NCBI GenBank assembly: GCA_022822275.1
Contig: JAJEBZ010000170.1
Location: 1 to 57,369 of the forward strand
Length of the DNA: 57,369 nt
Source: Candidatus Poribacteria bacterium
GTDB taxonomy: Bacteria; Poribacteria; WGA-4E; WGA-3G
Reading direction: 5' to 3'
Shown here: positions 9,567 through 19,921 of the stretch, in pieces
Layout: each line of letters opens with the position of its first letter
Position numbering within the stretch: the stretch's first letter is position 1
Notes under the pieces: generated by a model
What the model was told of the DNA's origin: nothing
Database searches by the model: none
The model's input: the letters and a program-made list of their open reading frames with translations, nothing else
Position numbers and translations under genes: made by a program

Positions 9567-10619
9567 TTATGTAGATGCAGCGTGAGGGTGAATCATAATC
9601 TTCATACCTTTTCGGGATTCCATTGCTTCAAAAGCTTTGTCAATTTCAACAAGTGGAAAATGATGTGTGATAAGTGGTTGTACACGGACTAAACCTTTTT
9701 CAAGAAGCCGAACCGCTAATTCATGGTGACGCGGCACACATCCATGTGAACCGGTAACAAAACATTCTTTATAGTGGATCGTGTTGGAAAGCACAGTCAT
9801 CGGACGGGTCGTTTTTGGCAATCCACCGAACAGATTGACATAACCGCGGTGTGCTACCATTTCAACACCCTGTTCGTGTGCTTCAACGGACGCGCATGTT
9901 GTGACGACTATATCCGGTCCCTCTCCATCTGTTTCTTCTCGGCAGCGTTCCACCACATCCTCCTCTTCAGAAGCGATATAGACATCCGCTTCGTAGAATT
10001 TCGCGATCTCCATTCGGAGTTTACTGCGTTGGATACCGATTACTTTAGTTGCCCCCATCACGCGAGCAAGGTCAATCATCATACAACCGATCGGTCCCAA
10101 ACCGATAATGACAACAGTTTTACCGAGAGACATATTGACTAATTCAAGTCCATTTATTGCACAGGCAAGGGGTTCAGCGAGGGCAGCTTCATCAAAACTG
10201 AGGGTCGTGTCAAATGGGGTAACAGGTCCTTCTTCCAAAACCAGCTGGGGGAGTTTCATATATTGCGCGAATGCACCAGGAATCTGGTAACCGATAGCGT
10301 AGTTAATTTCACAGTTGTTGCCGAGTCCGTCCCGGCACCAATGACATTGTCCACAAGGTACATCCGCACCGATGGAGACGCGGTCACCTTCCTTCACACG
10401 TGTCACATTTTTACCGACTTTGACAATTACACCTGAATTTTCGTGTCCGATAATTGTTGGGGGTTTGACTCGGGGGTTACCATGATGGAAGATACGAACA
10501 TCTGAACCACAAATACTGACTGCTTCAACGCGCATCAGTGCGGAGTCGTTATCTATTTCCGGTTCCGGAACATCTTGTACACTTAGATTTTCAAGGCTTT
10601 CAAGTATAGCCGCTTTCAT
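9567..10619 (-). CDS. Zn-dependent sugar-alcohol dehydrogenase (L-iditol/sorbitol DH-like)
   Basis: CGSD, GHE, CxxCxxC...C zinc site, GLGPIG Rossmann motif. Confidence 0.88.
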   Translation of the reverse strand: MKAAILESLENLSVQDVPEPEIDNDSALMRVEAVSICGSDVRIFHHGNPRVKPPTIIGHENSGVIVKVGKNVTRVKEGDRVSIGADVPCGQCHWCRDGLGNNCEINYAIGYQIPGAFAQYMKLPQLVLEEGPVTPFDTTLSFDEAALAEPLACAINGLELVNMSLGKTVVIIGLGPIGCMMIDLARVMGATKVIGIQRSKLRMEIAKFYEADVYIASEEEDVVERCREETDGEGPDIVVTTCASVEAHEQGVEMVAHRGYVNLFGGLPKTTRPMTVLSNTIHYKECFVTGSHGCVPRHHELAVRLLEKGLVRVQPLITHHFPLVEIDKAFEAMESRKGMKIMIHPHAAST

Positions 10620-10663
10620 AGTTTCCTTTGTTTAGTGTTAGTGCCTAAAACCTGTTGTCAATT

Positions 10664-11728
10664 TTATGTTGGATGGATAAGCACTTTTGCGTAAAATTCA
10701 CTTTTTTCCTTCATCATGTGTAGCATTTTTGTGCCATCTGTTAACGGAACCTTGTGTGTAATCAGTGATGAAAGGTCCAATTTGCCAGAAGCCACTGCTT
10801 GTAGCACTGTTCGCCAATCGTCATCGTTACCAGATGCGCTAAAATCGGAGTTCCATGTCCCTAAGACGCGAACCTCACGCCGCATCAGTTGTGAGATAAG
10901 CGATGCGGGGAGGGTTACATCTGCAATAGGGTTACCAAGCAAAACGACACTGCCACCGCGCCGCACACTACCTAACGCATGAAGAAAGGTTTGCGGGACT
11001 CCTGCTGCTTCAATACAAACGTGTGCTCCTTTGCCTTCAGTCTGTGCGTTCACTGCCTCAACGGGATATTCTAATCTGCTGTTAAAGACACCAGTAAAAC
11101 CGAGACGTTTTGCTAACTCAAGTTTCTCCGTGACAATATCAAACAAGAATAACTGTGCAGCCCCCATTATTTTTGCCCACTGCGCTACCATCAACCCTAT
11201 CGGACCTGCTCCGAAGATAGCAAATGTCTTGCCGGCAAGCGTATCTTGTACTCTCCGCAGTGCATGGAGTGCAACAGCAGCGGGTTCAGTCTGTGATGCT
11301 TCTTCTAATGAAACGCCATCTGGAACACGGATAATATTCTCTTTCGGTGCAACAACAAATTCGGCAAAAGCCCCGTCACTTCTCGAACCGAGGTAATCGT
11401 AGTCGCTGCATTGGACATATTTGCCTCTTTCACAGGCATCACAATTGCCACACCAGATCAGTGGGAAAACGACTACCTTATCACCTTCCGAGAAACCTTC
11501 AACACCTGAACCACATTTGTCTATTGTTCCAGCAAATTCATGACCACAGACAGTGGGAAAACTGTAAGTGCCTTTAGAGAATATCCTTGGAATATCTGAA
11601 CCACAAACACCACAAAAACCGATTTGAACGCGGACTTGCCCCTCAGAGACGTTTGGAATGGGTATCTGTGTTAACTGCAAATCCCCAACGTCATGCAGCA
11701 CAAGTGCCTGCATCAAACTGTTATGCAT
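10664..11728 (-). CDS. Galactitol-1-phosphate 5-dehydrogenase-like Zn alcohol dehydrogenase
   Basis: GVCGSDIPR, GHEFAG, YDYLGSRSDGAFAE, GAGPIG, GTWNS. Confidence 0.85.
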   Translation of the reverse strand: MHNSLMQALVLHDVGDLQLTQIPIPNVSEGQVRVQIGFCGVCGSDIPRIFSKGTYSFPTVCGHEFAGTIDKCGSGVEGFSEGDKVVVFPLIWCGNCDACERGKYVQCSDYDYLGSRSDGAFAEFVVAPKENIIRVPDGVSLEEASQTEPAAVALHALRRVQDTLAGKTFAIFGAGPIGLMVAQWAKIMGAAQLFLFDIVTEKLELAKRLGFTGVFNSRLEYPVEAVNAQTEGKGAHVCIEAAGVPQTFLHALGSVRRGGSVVLLGNPIADVTLPASLISQLMRREVRVLGTWNSDFSASGNDDDWRTVLQAVASGKLDLSSLITHKVPLTDGTKMLHMMKEKSEFYAKVLIHPT

Positions 11729-12485
11729 CACACCCTCTTTTGGCAAGTCCAAGTGAAATTGCTTGATGTATCTTTTCTATATTTTCTGAGCGCGAACCTG
11801 TTTTATGAAAAACGCTACTACTGCCACCGACTAAGATGTCCGCGCCTGCTGCAACCATTTTAGGTATGTTTTCAAAACTAACGTTCCCATCTACTTCAAT
11901 GGGGATATTCACACCGCGTTCATTCAAAAATGCTCTACAATCCGCAATTTTTTGTAGCGTCGCTGGCACCAATTTCTGCCCCGCGAAACCCGGATTGACC
12001 GTCATAATCAACACAAAGTCAAGCCGATCAATAACATACTGCATCGCGAAAAGTGAGGTCGCTGGGTTCAAAGCGATGCCAGCTTTTATACCATGCTCTT
12101 GAATTACCGATAACGTTCTATCCAGATGCGTTGCAGATTCAGCATGGACAGCGATTTGTTGAACGCCAATGTCCGCAACTGCTTCCACGAAAAAATCGTT
12201 ATTTTCTACCATCAGGTGAATGTCAAAATCGCAATCTGTTTTTTGTCGTAATTGGTCAATGAGTGTCAATCCAATTGGCATATTTGGCACGAAGTGTGCG
12301 TCCATCAAGTCAAAATGTAGTAGATTTATCCCCGATTTCTCCAATTCCCGAATGCCTGTTTCCAAATTACACAAATCCGCACACATCACGGAGGGTGCTA
12401 TGCGAATCTTTTCATCTGTGGTATTAGGGTGTTGACTCTCATGAGTCGGCAAGATATTTCTCCAATCCAATTCAAGTTTACTCAC
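11721..12485 (-). CDS. rpe: Ribulose-phosphate 3-epimerase family protein
   Basis: IAPSVMCAD, HFDLMDAHFVPN, MTVNPGFAGQ, IEVDG. Could be a hexulose-phosphate epimerase paralog. Confidence 0.85.
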   Translation of the reverse strand: MSKLELDWRNILPTHESQHPNTTDEKIRIAPSVMCADLCNLETGIRELEKSGINLLHFDLMDAHFVPNMPIGLTLIDQLRQKTDCDFDIHLMVENNDFFVEAVADIGVQQIAVHAESATHLDRTLSVIQEHGIKAGIALNPATSLFAMQYVIDRLDFVLIMTVNPGFAGQKLVPATLQKIADCRAFLNERGVNIPIEVDGNVSFENIPKMVAAGADILVGGSSSVFHKTGSRSENIEKIHQAISLGLAKRGCDA

Positions 12486-12493
12486 TTCTTAAT

Positions 12494-12522
12494 ATTATAA
12501 CATGAAATGTGCGAATTGTCAA
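12494..12522 (-). promoter_or_regulatory. Consensus sigma70 promoter for the rpe-dehydrogenase-apt operon
   Basis: Minus strand TTGACA-17 bp-TATAAT. Confidence 0.75.
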
Positions 12523-12539
12523 ATTTTGGGAGACGTTCA

Positions 12540-12722
12540 GAGTGTGCAAAGTTTTTGTCACTATATAAGTCTAAGGGCGCGTCCATATTTGTTAATCGTT
12601 TATTTACGCGTTGCGCGGCTTGTGTAAGAGCGAGTTTTGCTCGCGACATCGGGCAAAAGGTCGAGAGCAAAACTCGCTCCTACAGAAGAAAAAACGGTTA
12701 ATGCCAAAAACTTTACACACCC
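12540..12722. mobile_element. Degenerate MITE (family B, GGGTGTGTAAAGTTTTTG ends) with an internal REP-like hairpin
   Basis: GAGTGTGCAAAGTTTTTG ... CAAAAACTTTACACACCC. Internal inverted repeat GAGCGAGTTTTGCTC/GAGCAAAACTCGCTC. Confidence 0.6.
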
Positions 12723-12814
12723 TGATATCTGATTTTAGTTGCAATTCCCGTTCAGATGTGGTAAAATAATATGTGAATATACTCTGAACGCCTTGCTTGT
12801 AGGAGGAGAGGCGA

Positions 12815-13327
12815 GTGGAAGTCACCGTTTTGGTACTAAATGCAAGTTACGAAGCAATCAATGTTTGCAACCTCAGACGTGCCTTGAAGATGGTGTTCAA
12901 AGGCACTGCTCAGACAGAGGAAGTGTCTGATACAGAGATACAGTCACCATCAACTGCGGTCAAAGTCCCGCACGTGATCCGTTTGGTAAACTACGTCCAT
13001 GTGCCGCGCAGTGTTGTCAAGTTCTCACGCAAGAACGTCTTGGCGCGCGACAACCATACTTGTCAGTACTGCCATCGTGTACTCTCTGCATCCCTACTCA
13101 CACTTGACCATGTTATTCCCATCTCAAAGGGAGGGAAAACGACATGGGATAATGTTGTAACTGCATGCAAACGATGCAATAACAAAAAAGGCAGTAGGAT
13201 GCTTGATGAGACGCAGTTTAAGTTGAAACGTGTGCCGAAAACGCCTTCAATTCTGACGTATTTGCAACTCAACCGTCATTTTAGAGGTTACCATCCGTCT
13301 TGGAAAAAGTATCTTTATATAAACTGA
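12815..13327 (+). CDS. HNH endonuclease (McrA-like, VLVLNASYE family)
   Basis: RDNHTCQYC, TLDHVIPISKGG, WDNVVTACKRCNNKKG. Confidence 0.92.
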   Translation: MEVTVLVLNASYEAINVCNLRRALKMVFKGTAQTEEVSDTEIQSPSTAVKVPHVIRLVNYVHVPRSVVKFSRKNVLARDNHTCQYCHRVLSASLLTLDHVIPISKGGKTTWDNVVTACKRCNNKKGSRMLDETQFKLKRVPKTPSILTYLQLNRHFRGYHPSWKKYLYIN

Positions 13328-13425
13328 AAGGTAGAGTAACCGCTTTGTTCAATACGCAAGTAATGGCGGGAAGAGATGTCGGACCTTACGCTGCATTCGC
13401 AGCGAAAAAGGTAACAACAATATGA

Positions 13426-13803
13426 ATGTATCTTGACGTTATGTCCTATCAACCACATCCGGAAAGACTGAAGAAGTCATGGGAATTTCAAAGAACGTAT
13501 AAAAAGGGGAAGAAGTGCTGGGATGCTTACTTCGTGATCTATGTCTGCAAAACACAACTGCGGTATACGCGTTTAGGGATTACAGTGAGTAAAAAAGTAG
13601 GTAATAGTGTTCAGAGAAATCGTGTCAAGCGACTCATACGTGAAGCGTTTCGCTCGCTCAAGTCAAGCCTTTTACCCCACCGCGATATTGTAGTGGTAGG
13701 TAGACATGCTGCTTGTGGTCTTTCGGGTCAGCAAGCGCAAGAAAGTTTGCGAAGGTTGTTCCATCGGGCATCAATCGTTGAAATTGGTAATACAGATAAA
13801 TAA
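13426..13803 (+). CDS. rnpA: Ribonuclease P protein component
   Basis: RLGITVSKKVGNSVQRNRVKRLIRE; position before yidD-yidC. Confidence 0.93.
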   Translation: MYLDVMSYQPHPERLKKSWEFQRTYKKGKKCWDAYFVIYVCKTQLRYTRLGITVSKKVGNSVQRNRVKRLIREAFRSLKSSLLPHRDIVVVGRHAACGLSGQQAQESLRRLFHRASIVEIGNTDK

Positions 13804-13924
13804 TGTAGTGTTCGGTTTGGATATCTGCCATGTAAACGAAAAAACTTTCAGCGCGGATAGTACCTTATGGGTTGATTGGGGATTATAAAAATATTATCAA
13901 GTACGCGACAACAATAAATAAAAA

Positions 13925-14134
13925 ATGAACCGCCTCATTCTTTACACAATCCGCGGGTATCGACGCTTTATCTCTCCGCTTTTTCCACCAACGTGTCGCT
14001 TCTATCCGACCTGTTCACAATATGCACAACAAGCTTTTGAAAAGTATGGTGTCTTCAAAGGTATCTGGTTGACCATAAAACGTTTGGTAAAATGCCATCC
14101 TTATCATCCAGGAGGGTTTGATCCACTTGAATAG
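13925..14134 (+). CDS. yidD: Membrane protein insertion efficiency factor YidD
   Basis: [22 protein letters not shown]. Confidence 0.95.
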   Translation: MNRLILYTIRGYRRFISPLFPPTCRFYPTCSQYAQQAFEKYGVFKGIWLTIKRLVKCHPYHPGGFDPLE

Positions 14135-14210
14135 CAGAACTTACCCCTTCAATGAAAAGAAACACATGGAATTTAATCTAAAAACTGTAAAGAGGAGTAT
14201 CTAACTTTAA

Positions 14211-16070
14211 ATGGGAGCACGTTATATTCTTGCACTCGTCCTGATGATTGCTGTAATGGTCACATGGACTTTGTTAATCGGTGATCGTTTCGCACCAGAA
14301 CAGGATGAATCGCCGACATCTCAAGAAACACAACAAGATGGAACACAGGATGATACAAACACAGAAGATCAGGGAGAAGAACACATTGATAGTGAACCTT
14401 CCAAAATTCTGCAAGACTATCCAGATGACGAAATGGTGCATGTCAAAACAGATACTTACGACATTACATTTAATGCGGAACTAGCAATCGTAAAGAAATG
14501 GGAACTGGTGGAAAAACGAGAAAATGGTAATTTACGATTTCCAGACAGGTCTAACACTGCCAAAGACGTACCTTTTAACCTGATCCCTGAAACAGCACTT
14601 AGATGTCTTGCGCTAAGACTGGGAAATGAGAATTTACAAAACAAAATAGATTTGCGTCGTGCTACCTGGAAAGCCGATAAAAACAGTATTGAACTCTCCG
14701 ACGCTAAACTTCAGGATACAATGACTTTCACAACAACAATTGGTGAGAAATTGAAAGTCCAAAAAAAGTTGACTTTCTATAACAACAAGAGTTACACAGT
14801 TGATTTGGATATGACTTTTGAAAACCTTACCGATGATTCTGAACCGTTACGTATCGGAGGAAATGATGCCGCCACTGGTTACGAACTGCTGTGGGGACAA
14901 GGGATAAATGCTGACCTGCTTATACACGAAAAAGATTCTGGAAAACGCGGACGTTTCGATCCTAAAAAAGTAGGTGCTAAAACCTATATCGGCACAGGAA
15001 AACCTAAAAAAGAGTTAAAAGACGAATTTGCAAACGAAACAGTACTATGGGCAGGGTTAAGTAACCAATACTTCGGCACATTTATAATTCCAGACCCAGC
15101 ACTTCAAGCAACATATAGACTGGAAAATCCAGAACCCAAAACGCCTCCAGATATATTCGTAACTGCCCCTACCGAGACCGCTGTCCTAACAATACCCAAT
15201 TTTCCACTTCCATCACAGAAAACACAAACGCATTCGTTTCGTATTTACGTTGGTCCTAAGGACGATACACTGCTGAAGCAAATCACCGCACCAAATAAGT
15301 CTGAACAACCTATCAACCTTTCCAAAGTCATTGATTTCGGTTTTTTCGGACCTGTGGCATGGGCAATGCTGTGGTTAGTTAAAATGCTACACAATGTATT
15401 TGGAAACTATGGTATCTCAATCATCATTTTGACTGCGTTAGTAAAGGTAATCTCTTTTCCACTTACACGTAAAGCGCATGTCTCTATGAAAAAGATGCAG
15501 CAACTTCAACCGCAATTGCTTGAACTGAAAGAAAAATACCGGGATGATCCGCAAAAACTGAATAAAGCGACAATGCGGATATATAAAGAAAATGGTGTAA
15601 ACCCATTGAGTGGGTGTATCCCATGGCTGCCTCAGATACCCATTTTCTGGGCACTCTTTGCGTTGCTTGGGACTGCAGTTGAATTCCGCGGAGCACCATT
15701 CCTCTTTTGGATAAACGACTTGTCGGCACCAGATGTTCTGGTTGAACTTCCATTTACGATACCGTTGATCCTTTTGGAAATAGATGCTATCCGGTTCTTA
15801 CCGATATTAAACGGGTTAACGTCTTGGTTACAGCAAAAATTTGTGGGAGGAATGTCTGCCACACCACCGACATCTAATATGCAGACAAAAATCATGCAGT
15901 TTTTGCCACTTATTTTTGTCTTCATGTTTTATAACTGGGCATCAGGTTTTGTGTTATACTGGTTATGTAATAACGTCTTTACTGTGGCTCAACAATTGAT
16001 ACAAACAAAATATTTCCATGATGGTGAAACCGTTATACAGGAAACTACATCAAAGCGAAAATCAAAATAA
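14211..16070 (+). CDS. yidC: Membrane protein insertase YidC
   Basis: IYVGPK, IDFG, GNYGISIIILT, GVNPLSGC, WINDLSAPD, LYW. Confidence 0.95.
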   Translation: MGARYILALVLMIAVMVTWTLLIGDRFAPEQDESPTSQETQQDGTQDDTNTEDQGEEHIDSEPSKILQDYPDDEMVHVKTDTYDITFNAELAIVKKWELVEKRENGNLRFPDRSNTAKDVPFNLIPETALRCLALRLGNENLQNKIDLRRATWKADKNSIELSDAKLQDTMTFTTTIGEKLKVQKKLTFYNNKSYTVDLDMTFENLTDDSEPLRIGGNDAATGYELLWGQGINADLLIHEKDSGKRGRFDPKKVGAKTYIGTGKPKKELKDEFANETVLWAGLSNQYFGTFIIPDPALQATYRLENPEPKTPPDIFVTAPTETAVLTIPNFPLPSQKTQTHSFRIYVGPKDDTLLKQITAPNKSEQPINLSKVIDFGFFGPVAWAMLWLVKMLHNVFGNYGISIIILTALVKVISFPLTRKAHVSMKKMQQLQPQLLELKEKYRDDPQKLNKATMRIYKENGVNPLSGCIPWLPQIPIFWALFALLGTAVEFRGAPFLFWINDLSAPDVLVELPFTIPLILLEIDAIRFLPILNGLTSWLQQKFVGGMSATPPTSNMQTKIMQFLPLIFVFMFYNWASGFVLYWLCNNVFTVAQQLIQTKYFHDGETVIQETTSKRKSK

Positions 16071-16147
16071 GTTACATACATATTGTCCTACTATCATTTT
16101 TTCAGTTACAGACATAATTCTTTTACTGACAAAAGGAGGGGTGCCAC

Positions 16148-16774
16148 TTGCAAAACTATATTGAATCTGAAGCAGAAACTGTTGAAGAGGCAATTGAAAT
16201 TGCTCTCACCGAACTTGATACAACTCGAGAAAAAGTTAACATCATCATTATAAATGAACCGACAAAAGGCATCCTGAGTTTTGGCGCGAAACCCGCAAAA
16301 GTACGCGCCACGTTAAAGGAAGATATAACAAATGCACCTGAAACTGTCCTGAAAGAGATACTCAAGCGAATCGGAATTGATGGTGAAGTTGAATCCGACT
16401 TTAGTGATGGCAGTTTACACCTTAATATGGTTACCGACTCCCCAGCTCTTCTAATTGGAAAGCACGGGCAAACACTTGATGCTATTGAACGGATCCTCAA
16501 TTGTATCATCAATAAAAACTCACTCGCCAAAAGAAAAGTTTTTGTTGATACTGAAGGTTACCGTGAACGCCGCGAGAATATGCTCGTTGACCTTGCTCAT
16601 CAGGTTGCAGCAAAGGTCAGACGCACAAGACAGGATGTTGTCCTTTCCCCTATGTCTGCTAAGGACCGCCGCATCGTTCATATTACCTTACAATCGGACG
16701 ATTCCGTTTCAACCTTCAGTCAAGGAGAAGGGGATATGCGCCGAGTTGTTATTACAAGACAAGATGATTATTGA
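16148..16774 (+). CDS. jag: Jag/EloR (KhpB) RNA-binding protein
   Basis: Jag_N (TVEEAIE), KH (LIGKHGQTLDAI) and R3H (RRIVH) domains. Confidence 0.93.
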   Translation: MQNYIESEAETVEEAIEIALTELDTTREKVNIIIINEPTKGILSFGAKPAKVRATLKEDITNAPETVLKEILKRIGIDGEVESDFSDGSLHLNMVTDSPALLIGKHGQTLDAIERILNCIINKNSLAKRKVFVDTEGYRERRENMLVDLAHQVAAKVRRTRQDVVLSPMSAKDRRIVHITLQSDDSVSTFSQGEGDMRRVVITRQDDY

Positions 16775-16870
16775 CCAGGTATTAGCACAACATAGTCAAG
16801 TGTGAACGACATTACCGAATGATAATCTCATTTACCGCATCCAGTACATTCGTAGAACAGGAATTGCGAC

Positions 16871-18259
16871 ATGAAATATGAGGATACCATTGCCGCCATC
16901 GCAACACCGCGAGGTGAAGGTGGCATAGGGATCGTGCGGGTCAGCGGTCCACTTGCAATTCCAATCGCTTGCCAGTTGTTTCGTCCCTCACGCCCAGTTG
17001 AAACTGATAAACTCGCTACCCATACACTCACACACGGGCATGTTATAGACACATCCGCATCCGATGAAGTCGTAGACGAAGTACTTCTCGGCATTATGCA
17101 TGCCCCACATACATACACCACTGAAGATATTGTCGAATTCAACTGCCACGGTGGTGTCGTTCCACTAACTAATGTACTCGACTTAGTAGTAAAAGCAGGG
17201 GCAAGACTTGCCGAACCTGGTGAGTTCACCAAACGTGCCTTTCTCAACGGTAGACTTGACCTGGCACAAGCTGAAGCCGTTGCTGAACTCATCAGCTCCA
17301 AAACAGAACTCAGCAGCAAAATCGCAATTGATGCACTATCGGGAAAACTCTCAGAGACCGTTAATACCCTTAGTGATAGACTTGCAGATCTGCTTGCGGA
17401 GATTGAAGCATCCATTGATTTTCCAGACGAAGCCCTTGACTTTATGAAGGTTGAAGCGCAACTTCATGCCACACGTGCTGTTCAAGCAGAATTAGTGTCC
17501 TTGTTAGAAACTGCAATGGAAGGACGAATTATCAAAGAGGGTGTCAATGTTGGCATTTTGGGTAAACCAAATGTCGGCAAATCAAGCTTATTCAATGCAC
17601 TGATTGCCACAGCACGGGCAATTGTAACGGACATCCCAGGCACCACACGCGACACAATTGAGGAGACAATAAATATCGGTGGAATCCCGATCAATCTCGT
17701 TGATACTGCCGGCATCAGAGATACAGACGACATCGTTGAACAAGAGGGTGTTCAGAGAAGTAAAGATGTTCTCAATAAGGCAGAACTACTGCTCTTCATG
17801 TTTGACGCATCACAATCCCTAAATGATTCAGATATTGAATTATTGCAGACTGCAAATTCTCACCGCGCAATCCTGATTCTAAATAAGATTGATCTCCGTA
17901 CTATTGTCCAACCGGAGATTTTGTCTAACCACTGTCCTAAAGCGTGTGTTGTTCAGACTGCAATTACAGAAGACATCGGTATTGATACACTGAAAACTAC
18001 TATCCGTGAGGAGTTACTCGGTGGTGAATTCAGCGTGGGGGAATCCCCGATTGTTACCAACACCCGTCATCAAGATGCCCTGCGTCGGGCACACGAAGCA
18101 CTTGCGGATGTAATATCAAGTTTAGAAAACGAGATGCCACCAGACCTCGTTTCTGTTGACCTGCGTATAAGTCTTGATGCCCTCGGTGACATCGTAGGCA
18201 AAACAACGACCGAAGATATACTGGATCGTATCTTCTCACAGTTCTGCATTGGCAAGTAA
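16871..18259 (+). CDS. mnmE: tRNA modification GTPase MnmE
   Basis: DTIAAIAT, GEFTKRAFLNGR, GKPNVGKS, GTTRD, DTAG, FCIGK. Confidence 0.97.
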   Translation: MKYEDTIAAIATPRGEGGIGIVRVSGPLAIPIACQLFRPSRPVETDKLATHTLTHGHVIDTSASDEVVDEVLLGIMHAPHTYTTEDIVEFNCHGGVVPLTNVLDLVVKAGARLAEPGEFTKRAFLNGRLDLAQAEAVAELISSKTELSSKIAIDALSGKLSETVNTLSDRLADLLAEIEASIDFPDEALDFMKVEAQLHATRAVQAELVSLLETAMEGRIIKEGVNVGILGKPNVGKSSLFNALIATARAIVTDIPGTTRDTIEETINIGGIPINLVDTAGIRDTDDIVEQEGVQRSKDVLNKAELLLFMFDASQSLNDSDIELLQTANSHRAILILNKIDLRTIVQPEILSNHCPKACVVQTAITEDIGIDTLKTTIREELLGGEFSVGESPIVTNTRHQDALRRAHEALADVISSLENEMPPDLVSVDLRISLDALGDIVGKTTTEDILDRIFSQFCIGK

Positions 18260-18298
18260 ACGCAATTTATAGTAAAAAATATAATTAATGGGGCACTT

Positions 18299-18393
18299 TT
18301 GTAGCACAAACTGTTAGTTTGTGCAGATGCGGACACAAACTAACAGTTTGTGCTACAACACCCCGGTAGGTTCGGTTTCCTAACCGAACCTAA
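18299..18393. repeat. REP-like palindromes downstream of mnmE (possible terminator)
   Basis: TTGTAGCACAAACTGTTAGTTTGTG...CACAAACTAACAGTTTGTGCTACAA, then TAGGTTCGGTT/AACCGAACCTA. Related units at 22173-22229. Confidence 0.7.
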
Positions 18394-18781
18394 CAAATGT
18401 CCAATTAATTCTAAAGTCTACTATAAACACACTTCGTTTGTTATGTTCACATGTATGTTTTCGTTAATGCAACCTTTAATAAGATACGGTGTAATTCAAA
18501 TATATTACCAGATTGTTTTGATTTCAATCTAACGATACGCGTATCGTATTTATCAGGAAACCACACCTACCGTCGGAAAATAGGTGATACACCATAAATT
18601 CGCTATAAGGTACATCACGAAAATAAATTTTGTTCTGGACAGACTTTGTTTTATATGTTATTATGTTATCAACTCTTGAAGCGATATCAATGTTGCGTGG
18701 AATTTCTGCTCAACACCATAATTTAGGTTCATGCCTAATTGATCGCACAAATACGCACAAATAAATATAAGGAGAGAATTA

Positions 18782-19921
18782 ATGATTAATTCTGTTTTTC
18801 ACCGATACGCTCCCTGTCTGGCAGGATTCTGCGTGCTTTTGCTACTGACGGTATCAATACCTGTCCTTGCAGAAGGTGAAGGGGAAGCCAAACAAGACGA
18901 AAGCGAAGTCAAACAAGTCGTATGGGGAATGTCTATTGAGGAAGCAACCAAAATGTCCATTGAAACGGGTAAACCGATTATGATGGACTTCTATACAGAG
19001 TGGTGAGGATGGTGTAAGCGGCTGGACGCCGACACATTCACCGATGAACGTATAGTTGCTATTGCTGAGAAGTTCGTCCCCGTAAAGGTTAACCCTGAGC
19101 TCAAAGAACATCCCGAAAATGCGGAAGCCCAGAAAAAATACGGTGTTAGAGGATTTCCCGCAATCCTATTCATCGCCCCCGATGGTGGTGTTATCAAAAA
19201 CATCTCTGGCTACAAACCACCGGATCAATTCTTACCGGAAATGGAAGATGTTCTGAAAAAAGAGAAGGCATACCAAGAAGTATTAACGAAATTAAAAAAG
19301 ATGCCTGATGATCCGAAACTGAACAGCCAGATTGCTGTTTTCTATGTACAACGAGAACAACTTGATAAAGCGATGCCAATCAGTGAGAAGATGCCTGATG
19401 ATGTTGATCTGAACCGTGCTTTTGGTATACACTATCTTGGCAAAAATCAAATGGAAAAAGCACTCAAAATCAGTGAGAAGATGCCTGATGATATTGAGTT
19501 GAACACGGAATTTGCGTTGACGTACCTGAAAACAGCTAAGATAAAAGAAGCACTCCCGTACAGTGAGAAGGTCATGGCAAAAGACCCTGAAAACGAATCC
19601 GGACTTCTGCCGAAATTGCACACTCAAATCGGCCTCGCTTATGCCATGCAACTTCAACGTAAACCTGGCGATGCAAATCTTGCCAAGAACGCTGAAATGC
19701 ACTTCAAAAAAGTGGTTGACATGTATCCGAAAAGCGACGAATATGAACATGCTCAATACTATCTGGGTGTTACATACATGCTCAATAAGCAATATGATAA
19801 AGCAACAGAAGTACTTGAGAAGTTAGTCAATCACGCTACCAACGAACAGATGAAACTCAGTGCGAATAGTGCTCTGCAACGTCTGAAGCAATTGGCTACA
19901 GAAGGCGAAACCGACAACTAA
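18782..19921 (+). CDS. Exported thioredoxin-fold + TPR selenoprotein (UxxC; Sec at TGA 19004-19006), about 379 aa
   Basis: ORFs 18782-19006 and 19241-19921 share a frame. Read-through gives MMDFYTEW-U-GWCKRLDADTF...KYGVRGFPAILF, then TPR-like repeats. N-terminal signal peptide. Confidence 0.85.
19002..19042 (+). promoter_or_regulatory. Bacterial SECIS-like hairpin
   Basis: GTGT-aag-CGGC-[TGGAC]-GCCG-ACAC hairpin starting 6 nt after the UGA, with G in the apical loop. Outer pairing GGTGA/TCACC. Confidence 0.7.

Noticed and set aside
18260-18780. Replication origin next to mnmE
   Set aside because: I found no cluster of TTATCCACA-type DnaA boxes and no dnaA or gidA nearby.
18782-19006. Separate 74-aa ORF (and a separate 226-aa TPR ORF at 19241)
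   Set aside because: Both are parts of one frame joined through a Sec UGA in the thioredoxin motif.
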